Source of the DNA: the human T2T-CHM13v2.0 reference genome, Homo sapiens
Reading direction: 5' to 3' (one strand)
DNA length: 64,000 bases
Assembly: GCF_009914755.1 (NCBI RefSeq)
Contig: NC_060942.1
Position numbers and translations under genes: made by a program. Below, in pieces: positions 39,896-56,731 of this stretch. Below the pieces are notes generated by a model, which was not told the DNA's origin, searched no databases, and saw only the letters and a list, made by a program, of their open reading frames with translations. Within the stretch, counting starts at the first letter, position 1. Each line of letters begins with the position of its first letter.

Positions 39896-41460
39896 TTTCT
39901 TTATGCCTGAAAAACTTCAACTATTTTTATAGTGCAGGCCTGCTTACAGTGAATTCTTTCAGCTTCTATTTGCTGAAAAAGTCTTCATTTGCTTTGATTT
40001 TGAAGAATATTTTTGCTGGATAAAGAAACCTAGATTGACAGGTATGGGTTTTTTTCAGTTTTTAAAAAATGAACTTCCATTATATTATGGCTTACATAAT
40101 TTCGAACATAAAGTCTGCTGTTATCCTTATCTTTGTTCCACTGAACATAATGCATCTTTTTTCCCCTGGCTACTTAAAAATTTTTCTGTTTATTACTTGT
40201 ATTCATCAGTTTGCATGTGATGATCTCTGACATGGGTTTATTTACTTCATTGGAGTTCACTGGGTTTCTTGAACCTGTGGGTTTTAGTCAAGTTTGGACC
40301 ATTTTGGGCCATTATTTTTTCCATTTTTTCCTGTCTAGTTCTCTGTCCTCTCTGGGACTCCAGTCACACATATGTCGAACATCCCACAGGTAACAGATGC
40401 TTTAATTTTTTGTCTTTTTTTCCTGTGCTTCATTTTGAGTAATTTATACACTATGTTTTCAAGACTACTGATCTTTTCCTCTGCAGTGTGTAATCTACTG
40501 GTAATCTCATCCAATGTGTTTTTTACTTCAGTTTTTTTTTTTTTACCTCTAGATATATTTTTAAACGTGTATTTTGTTTCCGTCATCATTATGACAATGT
40601 TTTCCTTTACCTTCTTGAGTATAAGAAACAGATTCATAAAAGCTCTTTTAATGTCCTTGACATCCATTATGTCTGTCATTTTGGGGCCTGTGATATTGAA
40701 TTTTTTCTTCTCATTTTCGATTATAATTTTCTGATGCTTTGGATACCTGGGAATTTTTTATTTGGTACCAGACATTTCAAATTTGTTTCTGGGCACTAGA
40801 CTTTGTTGTATTCTTTTGAATATTTTTTTTTCTTTTGAGACTTGCTCTTAAGCTCTGTTAAGGTGGTTTTAGTCTATCTTTTGGCCCAGGGCTAATGTAA
40901 GCCCACTGCTAAGATGATACCCTTCTGAGGATTCTAAATGATGACCCACGTTTACAAGGTCATTCCACTCTGGCTGGAGGGAGTACAAGCTATTCCAGTC
41001 CTGCCTGCACTTCATTAATTGTTTTGTGTGCTCCTTTTAGGTGGTTCTTTCCCTGCTCTTTTTCTCATGTATATGCAGGTTAGTTCTCAGTCAAAAATTT
41101 AAGAGGACCCCTCTGCAGATTTCCAGAGCTCTCTCTGTGCAGCTCTCTTCTCTCTAGTACTCTGTCCCACACATTCTAGCCATCTTGACCTCTCTGAACT
41201 GTGAGCCCTATCTTCTCTAGTCTTCAAGATTATTGGGCTCTTTCTGGGTTTCTCCTCCATATGCTGTGGTCTGGAAACTGTCTCTAGGCAATAAGCTTGT
41301 GCAATAATAGGGCTCATCTTGTTCCTTTTCTGAGATTACAGGCTTGCACTGCCTGTTGTCTAGTGTGTAAAGATATTGTTTCATTATTTTATCCAGTTTT
41401 CTAGTTGCTTAAAGTGAGAGGATAAATCTTGCTCCTATTCACTTTGCTTTGTTCAGAAGT
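39895..41460 (-). mobile_element. Old L1M 5' region (ORF1 remnant)
   Basis: ORF 40335..40679(-) contains L1 ORF1 coiled-coil-like EVKNTLDEITSRLHTAEEKISSLE and ICVTGVPE. Confidence 0.8.
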
Positions 41461-43130
41461 AGAAATTATTTTTTAAAATCCTAGTTTTATCACCACCTAA
41501 TATTTTTTAACTTGTTGTATTTTATGTGATATATCTATCCAGTCTAAGTTGCAAATAACAGAAACTAATTCTCATCCAACCAGAAAAACAATTTTCTGGA
41601 AGGGTTTTTAGTAACCCACCAAATTGCTATGGAAGCAAGAGATCCAGTCTCAGAAAATGGAGGAAGAGAGGGAGGTTAAATTTTCAAAACCTTATTAAAA
41701 AAAAAAAAAAGGTGAGGCTACTAACAGTCCTATGAATATACTGTGTCTACCACTTTAGATCACATGATTCTGGTACTTTTATCAGTAACCATGAGCTCTG
41801 GACAGTGGGTGCAGTCAGAGGCATGGCATCCACAGTGTCTCTGGAGATGAGATGTGCGTGCCTTGGCCATCTTCTTTCTCTGCTTCTTCAGAGACAAAAA
41901 GTCCAGATGGGTTACATTTGATTGACTGAGACTTGGTGACATGCTTATGCCCTGATGAAAGGAAGGCTGAGAAATAAAATAGCTCAGATTTTCAGTTTTT
42001 ATAGTGGGAGGAAGTCTCTACCTCCCACTATATGGTATAACTCATATGGTAGAGTTAGAGGAAGACGTAGAAACAGGTTCCAATAATGAGGCATATGGCA
42101 CGTACATAAACACGTGACCTGTTCTTCCAGATAATGAGAGTGTAATCAAAACATCATATTTGTGACTATTTTATGAAGGGTCATGGATATGCACAAAAGG
42201 AGGATACTGCTTTCCATTCTATTGTCTTGTGACCTCTGTGCAGTCTAATTGTACCTGTGTACCCAATTTCCTTTTCAGTGGCTTTCTTCCTCTAGCTAGA
42301 GAAACTATTAGCTGCAAAGGTCAGAGAACACGACCGAGTCTTTCTTTGTGTCCCTGAGGATAGCCCAGAACTTTGTTGATGGGCTTCAAGTTGCTAACCC
42401 AGGAAATGGAGGATACATTCATACTATGCTTGAATCTGTCTGGCTTGTTTTTGGTGGAAAAGACAAAGTCCAGAGGACAAGGATGGACTCCAGGTAGTTT
42501 GCCTTACTTTGCTGGACATTCTGAGGGACCCGCACCCTTCAGTATGGGGCTCAGAATAACTCTAGGGTAGTAATGCCTACAGGCCCTTTGCACATTGGTC
42601 CAGGGACCTGGGAACAAACTTGTGAAATAGAGAGGCTCCCAGGGCACAGAGTCACATTACCTCCCTCTGCTCTCTTCTAGGCTTCCCCACAATTCAGGAA
42701 CATCAAAGAAATGCCCTCAACTGCCAGACTGCGGGACAACTTAGGCTGTCCTCTCATGCCCTCTGTGACTATAAAAGTAGGTCTGGTAGAAGAGCAGTCA
42801 CTGGGACCACCTCCTTAGGATGACAGCCCAAGTCCCTTCTCTCATGACCAGCATCCTCTGTAGTGAGTTCTTAGCAGCTTCCCACTCAGGCCTGCTCTTG
42901 AGCGCAAAATAAAATGCTTTATTTCAAGCATGCAAATTCTTAGGCAGCAGAGATGTAACCACCCCAGCCTGGGCCCACGTAAGATCATGGCTCCCCTCTC
43001 CTCTCCGTGTACAAGGCTTCCTTTGTTTAAAGCTCATAGATCCATCTTTTGAAACTGTGCTTTCATTGATGAGAAAAGATACCAGCTCAATTCCATGCCA
43101 GAGGAATTCTATTCTTAAAAATGTTTTATG

Positions 43131-43436
<306 letters not shown>

Positions 43437-43974
43437 TTATCTTCTTGACACTTTAAATTATTAATCTCCAAAGTCTACTATCTGGTAGTAGATAGTAGTT
43501 TGAAACACAGTTTTCCTGGGAGCCCTCTGCAGATCTTTGAAAGCAGCATCTACAGAATCTTAAATTATTTCACTATGGAGGGAAGACAAACCACCTACAT
43601 CTGTGTGACTACGGCACCCAGCTTCATTCCTCCAGTAGAAACTTGGAGATTTCTAGATCCTGGGTTCCTGTGTTGGGACCCAGATCCTGCTCTCAGATAT
43701 TCTTTGTTGTTCTTGTTCCTTCTGTCCCACAGCATGTCTGAGGTCCTTCCTCTGCTTCCTAAGAAAGCCAGGCAGCCCTGGTTCCTAAGAAAACAAGTTC
43801 CTTCTGTGGTGTTGAATTAAGTAGCAAGAGGGCCTGAAAGATAAAATCCTCTAGCTCAGCCTGCCTCTGCCCCTTCTCTTTCCAGAAGCATTTCCTAAAA
43901 CATTTAAGCCACATTGACACAGGTGGCCTCAGTTCTTAGTTCATTTAAATAAATTTTTTATCATTTTTAATTTA

Positions 43975-44207
43975 ACTTTATTTTATTTTTTATTTTTATT
44001 TTTTTTAGCAACAGAGTCTCACTCTGTTTCCCAGGATGGAGTGCAGTGGCATGATCATACTTCATTATAGCCTCCAACTCCCTGGGTCAAGCAATCCTTC
44101 CACCTCAGCCTTCTAAGTAGCTGGGACTACAGGCGTGCACTACCAGGCCTGGCTAATTTTACAATTTTCTTTTGTGGAGACAGGGTCTCCCTATCTTGCT
44201 TAGGCTG
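43975..44207 (-). mobile_element. AluJ, 5'-truncated
   Basis: T-rich tail, J-type right arm, partial left arm. Confidence 0.88.
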
Positions 44208-45641
44208 TCTCAGTCCTGATAATTAAGTGATATGGGCACAGGGTGTCAAGTCTCAATGCACAGCTGTGACAAGCCTGGGCCGATCAGCCTGGAGGTGGAA
44301 AGAAGCGGGAGGGGCAGGGAGGCTTTCCCTGGTGTTCGCACCCACAAGGTGCTGTCTAGAGTCTGGGAGGAGGTGGGCAGGGGGGTGGTGTCAGCCAGAG
44401 GCTTCAAACACTGGGACACTGCTCCACATCTGTACTGTGTGTAACTGTCCATTTATTCTTGACCAGGTATTCACTTGCCCTTTACGTTCTCGGCATTCTG
44501 CTAGGGCTGTGGGGATTGATCCAGGCTCTGCCCTAAAAAAAGCCAAAAAAAAAAAAAAAAATCCTTGGGCACCCTCTCCACCCACCTCTAGATGTCTTTT
44601 GGTCCTCACAGGTCCTGTGGGGCTTCCCCAGGTTGCCTCTTCTGGGTCTCATACCTTGAAGGCATAGCTCCTAACCAAATAGGCAAAAACATAGTCACGA
44701 ATAGGGGCTTAACGTCTGTCTCCAATCTCCATGGGAGGTAACACAGATGGGGTCAGTGCAGATACCTTGATAGCTAAGGTAGGGAAATTTGGGGAGCAGG
44801 GGCTGTAAATTCTCTAAGTCCATTAAGTCACACATTTACGTTTATCGAACACAGGGATTTGTCTAATTAACTGAGTTTAGACAGCATCTTGCACAGTGGC
44901 CCATGCTGACAAGCTTGGCTTCCCACACCCATTGGAAATTGATGTTATATGAAAATGCCTTGGCTCCCATCCACGCTGTGGCTGCACCCTCACGCACACA
45001 CATACCCTACGTATATGCACATATGTGGCTTTTGATGCATGGGTTAGCTTAAAATCTCAGTCCAAATTGGTCAAATAAAAAAATCAAAATAACAAATTTG
45101 TGTCATTCAGGCAACTGCTAGGAACTTACAAAATGAGAAATCACTGCAAGGACTATGACAGTAAGGTGTAAAATGGAGATTAAGGGGTTTAAGAGGAAAT
45201 TTGAAAAACAAGTAGCCGAAGATAAAGAGGTAAGTAACAAATTGTCTGGGAGTGGAGCTCCAGACAGTTCCTGTAATTCTCCCTGGCTATAAATTGAGCA
45301 ACCTGGGCCCAGCACTGGCAGAGTATACACCACAGCAGGTATACCAGGGAGCTGGGATGGGCTTTCCCGTCAGAAGTGCCTCTCACCAGCAGCCACGGTA
45401 GATGGCTGCTAGGACCTCGAGTGGTGCACACTCCTTTGCACTTGGAGTCATCCTGCCTCTCCCCCATCTCTTGTCGTTTCCAGCTTTTGCCAGGTGGGGA
45501 GTTAGGCGCAAGAAAGGAAAAGAGGCCGGAAGTGGGAAGGAAGCAGCTAGAGTAGACCCAGGACTTTCTAACAGCTATCATTTTCTAAGAGTTTCCTATC
45601 CTTAGTGGTTTTCAGCCCTGGCCCGTTAGAATTATCTGGGT

Positions 45642-45918
45642 GCTTTGGGAGGCTGAGGAGGAAGAATCACTTGAGGCCAAGAGGTTGAAACCAACATGGG
45701 CAACAAAGTGAGACCCCCCCACCCATCTCCACAAAAATATACAAAAATTAGCTGAGCTTGGTGGAGCATGCCTGTAGTCCCAGCTATTCAGGAGGCTGAG
45801 GTGGCAGGATCACTTGAGACTGGGAGTTCCATGCTGCAGTGAGCTGTGATCACACCACTGCACTCCGGCCTGTGCAACAAAGAGAGACCCTGTCTCAATA
45901 ATAATAATAATAATAATC
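45642..45918 (+). mobile_element. 5'-truncated AluJ with (AAT)n tail inside a MER5-like element (about 45603-46037)
   Basis: Alu text from 'gctttgggaggctgagg'; flanks 'agtggttttcagccctgg' and 'gcagccagggttgaac'. Confidence 0.85.
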
Positions 45919-46364
45919 AGGGTTTCTGGCCCCAACCAGTTTATTTGAAAGACAGTCTTTGCAGGGGGGACCAGGCATTCTATCTCTTCAAGCTTCTGGG
46001 TGACTGTCATGGGCAGCCAGGGTTGAACGTCACAATGTAAAAACAGCTTTCTTACCTCTGGTGGAGGAGAAGTGGTCTCCATTAAGCAGGTCAGGGATTC
46101 CTCTTCCAGGGGATATTACTAGGACAAGTGATCCCTGCATCTCTAGCCCTGTCGACTGCGAGAATTTCTAGATGGTGTTCTACCCACCTCACCTTTGCCA
46201 TGGAGCAAAGATCCCCTCAGAGGCAGCCCCTCCCTGAGAGCCACCTGCTTCACTCACTTCCTCCTTGCAGCATTCTCTTCAAATCCCTCTCTCTTTATGG
46301 CAAAGCAATATCTGAGAATCTGAGAAGCGCACCTCAGTATTATGTGTATGAAGTTGAGGAAGGT

Positions 46365-47053
<689 letters not shown>

Positions 47054-47102
47054 AGGTAGGAAGGTTAGCACTTTGGTTCCCACACATATAAACGCCCCTA
47101 AG

Positions 47103-47270
47103 TCAGTGCTTCTCAGAACTTCACTGTGCATAGGAATCACTTGGGGATCTTGTTAAAGCGCAGGTTCTGCTTCAGAAGTTCTGGGATGGAGCTGCGGGTC
47201 TGCATTTCTAACGAGCTCCCAGGCAGTGCTGCTGCCGTTGGTCAGTGGACCCACGTGGAATAGCCAGGCT
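47103..47270. mobile_element. MER5A-like hAT element
   Basis: 'cagtgcttctcagaactt...gaatcacttggggatcttgttaaagcgcagg...tctgcatttctaacgagctcccagg'. Confidence 0.8.
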
Positions 47271-48730
47271 CCAGGATGCTATCACCTTCCAGCCTTTCCT
47301 CTGGAGGTTTTGGGGTTTCTACTTGAACCTACTGGGTCAGACGGCCTCATAGGAAAGGGTACCAGAATGAGAAAAACCTGAGATCCTCACTGGTGGTAGG
47401 ATGTGCTGTATTGATTAGGCTCAGAATACACTGAGACAAGAGCCCAGGTGAAAAGTGTTTCTTCTCCTCGCTGGGTAACAGAGCCATGAGGCTCATCCGC
47501 AGAAAATCAACCATGACCTAAAGGCAACATGGAAAGAGAGTGTCTCCTGTCCATGCCCTTCTGTGACTGCCCAGTCAAGAACACCCTCTGTACCCATGCT
47601 CACCTGATCATACTGGGATCATCTGCTGTGATCAGCCCTCCCACTGTGTGCTGGTTCTTACCTTGTTTCCTTGGAGCTCCAGGGTACAATCTTTGTTAGT
47701 CTGGAGCTGAGAGGGTGCTTACTAATTACATTTATTGGGTGAACGTGGATGAAACAATCTGCTTGAATCTTGTAATCTATGTTTCTATTGGCACCAGCCC
47801 CAGGACAGGGTGTGTCATTTGACAGGAGGTACTAAGCAGGACTCCATATTGAAAACACTCCATGACAGCTACCACTAAAGGAATTTTCAAATTTCATTTT
47901 TTCCCCAAACACTGCCTTTCTTAGCTGCTGAGTTTTCTGTGTCTCATCTGCATGGAGCCTCTTCCCCCGGAAAAGGGATTAGGCAGGGCCTGGGCGACCC
48001 TCCAAGGAAGGCGGAGGCTATTTGCATCTCTAACCACAAGGAAATTACTCCTGACAGCCCAAAGTAAAGCAGAAATATTAAGAACGATGGAGTGACGTTC
48101 CTGTACCAGAAGAAAAATGGAAGATTATAAAAAGTTTTAGAGGCCAGAGCACAGCAGTAAATTGTAGATTATGAATATATATTTAAAGTCTGCATGAAAG
48201 TCAGTGGCCTTTTTTCCTCAGAATTTGCAAAAGTGTGTTTTCGATGGGCTGTTTCAGAGTTTTTTGATTATGATAGCTTAACATATGACGTTTCTAATTT
48301 CCTTATGTTATTGTCCTTCAAAAACACTGGCTCTCTCCATTTTAAAATTCCACACAAAAAAAAGACAGGTAATTTGCACATTTAGGAATGTATTACCCAG
48401 TTTTTAAATGGTCCAGACATTTGAGTTTTCCTGATACCTGCTTCTGGCTAATGTATGCAAAAGAAGAAGAGCGAAGGGAGATAAAATTCAAATCGATATA
48501 CTTTGTACCCACTTATGAAAAGCTCTGGTGAAAAATATGTGGACCTGAAAGAATGCAGAGGTGACTCTCTATTGCTACTCACCCTGAGGCCTTGGGGTTC
48601 TCGGTGATGGATTCAGGGCTTCTTCTCTGGCCACTGTTGGGTGATATTGGTGATATACACACAGGAGGTTAATTTGTTGGAGCCAAAAACTACGCATGAG
48701 TACAACAATAATAAATATTACTTTAAGTTA

Positions 48731-49427
<697 letters not shown>

Positions 49428-49557
49428 TTATGGGTCAGCATGCACTAGGACACTACCTGGTTCCTGCAATATGCGAAAGTAAAACCTCCCCTGTGTGGGA
49501 ATTTAAGTCGATCTTTGCTTGCTGAAAGGGTAGCAGTGACTTTAATAAACACCAACT

Positions 49558-49841
<284 letters not shown>

Positions 49842-50523
49842 TAGACCAATGAATATCTTGCCAAAACGTGTAAATATTAAATAACATGAATTAATGAACG
49901 TAATCCTTTAATTTCCCAGTCTTACACAAAGCCTGGTGTCTTTAGCTATGACATTTAAGTAGCTGAAATCAAATATATAATTAAATTCTGCAAGAAAATA
50001 AAACGGAAACTCAGATACCTTGGAATAATTACACTGAAGATGTTAGCAATTCTCTGTCTTGTTATTATTGGAGTTGGCCCTTAGGAATGCTTTCCTCTGG
50101 CTGGGAATACCAGCTGCAAACATAAAATCTCACTTGGGACTACTCCTTCCCTTAAGGGTAATTTGTCCCAGCTGTAATGTGGGTAGCATTAGAGAAGTCA
50201 GGTTAAATTTTGCACAGAGGAGATTAAAGGCTCAGGATAGTGATATATAGGATATATATTTTGATGGAGGGTTGGGAAGATGTGGTATAAGTGCACTTGG
50301 AGTTGCTGCAATACCATCCTGAGTAACTGGGGAGAGTACCAAAATGGGGAGGTGATTGGATGCTGGTGGCAAGAATAACGCTTTGAAGACATTCTGTCTC
50401 ATAAGTGCCACCTCTGCACCAAACACTAGCAGATGCTGCCCTGCGGGGCTCTTGGTTATAACAGGCAGAGCTAGTCTGGGGTTCAGTTCCTGGGGAACTG
50501 CAGGGATTAAGAATGCTATGAGA

Positions 50524-50836
50524 GGCTGGGTATAGTGGCTCACACCTGTAACCCCAGCACTTTGGGAGGCCGAGGAAGGCAGATCACTTGAGGTCAGGAG
50601 TTTGAGACCAGCCTGGCCAACATGGCGAAAAGCTGTCTCTACTAAAAGTACAAAAATTAGCCAGGCATGGTGGTGTGCACCTGTAATCCCAGCTACTCAG
50701 GAGGCTGAGGCAGAAGAATCACTTGAACCGGGAGGTGGAGGTTGCAGTGAGCCGAGATGGTGCTACTGCTCTTTAGCCTGGGCGAGAGAGTGAGTGAGAG
50801 TCTGTCTCAAAAAATACAAAAATAAAAAATAAAAAG
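50524..50836 (+). mobile_element. AluS
   Basis: Perfect 15-bp TSD aagaatgctatgaga (50509-50523 / 50837-50851). Confidence 0.95.
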
Positions 50837-51881
50837 AAGAATGCTATGAGATAGGGAAATGGAACCAGGGTCTTGGACTGAATGCAAAGCAGGAGTAAGC
50901 TTCCCCCATGTGAATAAAAAGGCTGGAAAAAGCTGTAGCAAGAGTTGATTAAGGTTCTGTTTTTTTTCATAGCTGCATGCCCAAAAAGGAAGGTAGGAGG
51001 ACATTAACACATCCTTTCTCACAGGACCTTAGCTACGCTGCTACCTGATTCTGTGTCTGGCTTTGCAGTATCTCAAGGCTTTTATAAAAGCTGGTTCTGG
51101 ACTGTTTACTATGGGGACGTGGAGAGTCGGTGGGGACAGCAGCAAAGCCACCAGAGAAGCCTCCTAGAAAAGATGAAACTACAACCCAAAATTCAGAACT
51201 TGAACAGGAAAATAAATACCAGGAAGATCAATTTAATTAACTGACTCCCTTGGAAATTAAAATATTAATTAAAAGTTTAAAGGATTTTAAGTCATTATGT
51301 TTAAGATTGTTAAAGGCAAATGAAGGAAAACCAACTATAAAAATCAACATTAATTAGGCACAAATGGATGAAAAACAGGAGTGTATGAAAAACAAGGAAT
51401 TTGAAATCTAGGAAATAAAAGTATGCTGATGATAATTAAAGACTCAAGGGATAGGATATACTAGACTAGATACAGGTGAAGAGATAACTAATACATTCAA
51501 GGTAACACTACGTAATGCTCCTGAGTGCAGGCCAGAGAAACGAAGAGACACAGAAAGAAAAAACAAGAAACAGGTAGACACAGAAGCTAGAGTGAGAAAC
51601 TACAACATGCACCAATAAAGAGTCAAGAAAGTACAAAAGAGGAAATTCCAGAGAAGCATTATTTGAAGATCTTATTCCAGAATACTCCAGAACTGAATAA
51701 AGTCATGAACCCTCACCATAAAGATATTCTGTATGTACTGAGAAAAGTAAATAAAATTAAATCTTTACCTAGACATATCTGTGAAACTGAAGAACATCAA
51801 TGATAGAAAAATCTTTGGAGTCATCAGGGAGAAATGACTTGTTACCTACAAAGTGGCATTTAGGTTAAAAGACGACTTCTT

Positions 51882-52175
<294 letters not shown>

Positions 52176-52253
52176 GACTTATCCACAACAGTCTATTCTA
52201 GAACTTCGTGAAGTGAAATTTTTACGGGCTGGAAAAATATCTGTTAGGGCTAG

Positions 52254-52578
<325 letters not shown>

Positions 52579-53591
52579 CTAGCTTTACTATCGCACATGA
52601 GTAGGGACACACTGATGAGCTTTGTAGACAGAGGACGACTAAGGGCATTTTAATTAATTATTGAGTACTAAAAGATAAAAAATAATGAGCACAGTTTTGT
52701 GCATTTTATTTTCTTTAAAGATGAAGCTCTGGACAATAACAAGAAGAAACAGGCATGCATATGTCAGTTCCCCATTGAGTATAAGCTCCCTAAGAGACAG
52801 GAGTTTTGCTGTTCTCTGCTATCCCTTCACCTTCAATCCTTAGCACAGCCCCTATCACATAGGAGGTGTTTGGAAAGTATTTGTTGAATGAGTAAACGAA
52901 TGAAGTAGGGTAGCAGCAGAGATTTAATGGGCAAGTATACCCACGTATTTGTGTTGTTCTAGAAAGAACTAGAGATACTGATAAGCTTGACCCATTGTTA
53001 GAAATAAATAAGGTTAATGCTACAAGAATGAAATATCAATAAGAGCTTCTGAAACAGGAGAGGAAAACAAAGAGAACATAAAAATCTTTATTAGCCCAAC
53101 AGAAAGCAGAGAAGAAAGAGAAGTAAAAAGTTGGTAAAGAGAAACCAGATGGTAGAAATAATTCAAATGCAACAGTAATCACAGTAGATATAAATTGAAT
53201 CAGCCTACCTATTAAAGGACAGGGACCATCCAATTAGATTAACACAAAAGAGCAATGATGATAATTATAATGAACCAAGTCCAGAGAATTTCTAAAACAA
53301 AGTTACCAGTGAAAGATTAAAAAGAAAAGTTTTGGAAATGATATTCAAGGCACATATTTGTCAAAGGAAACTTTTACAATATTAATATCAAATAAATAGA
53401 ATTTAATTTAAAAAGGTTACTAAGGATAAAGAAAGACACTACATCATATACAAAACAATGCATGCAGCCAACATAATCTTGTATGTATCTAACACACAAC
53501 CCTGAAATATATCAAGTAAAAACTAAAAGAATTACGAGTAACAAAACCAGAGTGGAAAATTTTAACAACCTTTATCAGAGATTGCTAGATG

Positions 53592-54031
<440 letters not shown>

Positions 54032-54303
54032 TTAAGAAAAGGATTACATATCAGGACTCAATTTTCAAACAAGTTTCTATTATTACTATTGTTAAAGGAA
54101 ATTAACTGGAAAATCAAGTAAAGATGTCCACATATTTGGAAACTGAAGCATGCACTCCTAAAGAACTCATGGCTTAAACATCATTCCATGATGGACAGGA
54201 AAAGATCATTAGAACTGATGGCAGTAGCAGACTCACATATGGTGAGCTACAATTGCAATATACACTGATGATACCTAGAGGTGAATTTATAGCCTTATAC
54301 TTA

Positions 54304-54451
54304 ATTTTTTTAAATTTTACTGTAAGTTCTGGGATACATGTGCTGAACGTGCAGGTTTAGTATATACGTATATATGTGCCATGGTGGTTTGCTGCACCTA
54401 TAAACCTGCCATCTAGTTTTTAAGCTCCGCATGCGTTAGGTATTTGTCCTA
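54304..54451 (-). mobile_element. Very short 5'-truncated L1PA insertion
   Basis: 'taagttctgggatacatgtgctgaacgtgcagg...tgccatggtggtttgctgcacc'; 15-bp TSD atagcct(t/c)atactta (54289-54303 / 54452-54466). Confidence 0.9.
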
Positions 54452-55746
54452 ATAGCCTCATACTTACATTAAGAAAATAAAGATGAAAAACATATGAATT
54501 CTTAAATTTAAGAATCTAGGAAAAGGACAGAAGAGAAGACCCAAAGAACATTGAAGAAACATAATAATAAAATTAAGAGAGAAAATTAATAAAATAGCAA
54601 ACAAACAGTAGAGAAGGTCAAACAACATCCAAGTGGTTCTTTAAAAAGACACATAAAATAGAAAATATTTGGCAAGATTGAACAAAATTAACTGTATGAC
54701 CAAAACAAAACTAGTAAGGGATGAAAACAGGTACAGCAGATTTTTGAAATCATTAGTAAATACCTGGATAATTTTAGGTAAAAAAGTGAATATACAGGGA
54801 AGAATGATAATTTCCTAGAAATATACAAATTATCAAAATTAACTTAAGAATAAAGAGAAAGTCTAAGTAAATAACAACAAAAATCATTTTAAAAATTAAA
54901 TAACCAGACAAATACCTCTGCCCCCATAGATGCAGATCGTTTTATAAGTGCATTTTACATCATAGTCAGGAACCGATAATTTATATATTCTACAAACTTT
55001 TTCAGAAAATAGAAAAAGAGAATGAATTATTAGGTATAATAGTGAGAGAAGTCACTTCCACTCCTATCCCTTGATTCCTGGGCCCAAGAGTTCTGGATGT
55101 GGGAGAGACAGACCTAATATTAGTCTCTGATTCAAAGTTTATACATATCCTTTAAGATAGAACACCATACTTTCCAGGTGCCATATTCCAATTGGTGCTG
55201 TAACTTAGTCTTCAAGAAAACATTCAGGCTTTCCATCAGGCCAGTCATCTCTAAGTGGTAGGGTATGTAGCAAGAGTAGTTGGTTCCACAGGCATGAGCC
55301 CATTGCTCTGAAATGGGTTCCTCCATCAGAGGCAATGCTGTTCCATAATAGTGAATAAGGCATCTGTGAGCATGGTGTGACAGAAACGCAACAGGCCGAG
55401 AAGGCACATCCATATTCAGAACACTTGTTTGTTCAAGTTAGACAAATCCCTGCCCTCCCCATGATAGGAGAGGTCCAGTGTACCAATGAATGGCACGATA
55501 TTGAGTCAATGTAGTCTCTGCTGTTAGAAGATGAAGCACTCATCAGGAGCATTAGCCAGATCAACCTTGGCAGAGGGAAGTCCGTATCATGAGCCTATGC
55601 AGAGCCTCCATACCTATTACCACAGCCACTTCGTTCATGGTCCCACTGAGTAAGCACTGGGGCAGCTAGGGAAAGAGGCAGACTGATATCCTCAGAGCCC
55701 ATCACTTTGCAGATTATTTTGCAGAGGCTCCTCTGCAGTAGATGCC

Positions 55747-56110
55747 TGTATTAGCCTGTTCTCACACTGCTAATAAAGACATACCTGAGACTGGGTAATT
55801 TATAAAGGAAAGAGGTTTAAATGACTCACAGTTTCACATGGCTGGGGAGTCCTCACAATCATGGCTGAAGGCAAAGGAGGAGCAAAGTCATGTCTTGCAT
55901 GGTGGCAGACGAGAGAGCGTGTGCAGGGGAACGGCCCTTTATAAAACCATCAGATCTCATGAGACTTATTCACTATTATGAGAACAGCACAGGAAAGACC
56001 TGACCCCATGATTCAATTACCTCCCACTGGGTCCCTCCCATGACACGTGGGAATTACGGGAGCTACAATTCAAGATAAGATTTGGGTGGGGACACAGCCA
56101 AACCATATCA
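55747..56110 (-). mobile_element. THE1 solo LTR (MaLR)
   Basis: TG...CA ends, 'gatttgggtggggacacagccaaaccatatca'; perfect 5-bp TSD atgcc. Confidence 0.95.
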
Positions 56111-56218
56111 ATGCCCTTTGGTCAACATTCACGTGGGACACAAATATCTTCAGAATTTGTATCCACATATCTATTCTCCCAATTTCCTTGTCACCAATCG
56201 TTCAATATTATTTCCTAG

Positions 56219-56731
56219 TGATGCAGAATTTTTGCTCCTTAGTTCAGCTCAATCCAGGTTCTTATCTCACGACCAGGAAGAATTAGGCATGTGGACACAT
56301 TGAAGGATGAGGAGGGCAGAATTTATTAAGTGAAAGGAAAGCTCCAAGCTAAGAGAGAGGTCCTGCAAGCAGGTTTCCACCTCACCAGGGCCACCACACA
56401 CTAGCTGAAGAGGCCAGGCTCTGCCCCTGCATAAGGCGTGAATTCCTGGTGGCTCCACCCCATTACCCCAGTGCACATGTGGGCATGCCCAGGCAAGCCA
56501 TAGATAGTATTGAAAAAGGCAACATTCAAGAGGCTAAAGGCATTATTCAGAAAGAATCAATCAGGAAAGGGTGGGCAAACAGGGGCAAAAGTCCTCCCTC
56601 TGGGTCATGGGTTTCATCTGGGACCAGCAGTCCAGTCTTTCAGCCTTCAGGCGGTTTTGGCTTGAAGGTGAGGTTTCATCGGGGACCCTTCCCTATCTGC
56701 CCAGGCATTTGTCTGCCTCTTGCCTCTATCA
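56219..56731 (-). mobile_element. ERV1-class solo LTR (LTR27/MER50-like)
   Basis: TG...CA ends; minus strand starts tgatagaggcaagaggcagacaaatgcc; 4-bp flanks ctag/caag. Confidence 0.8.
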
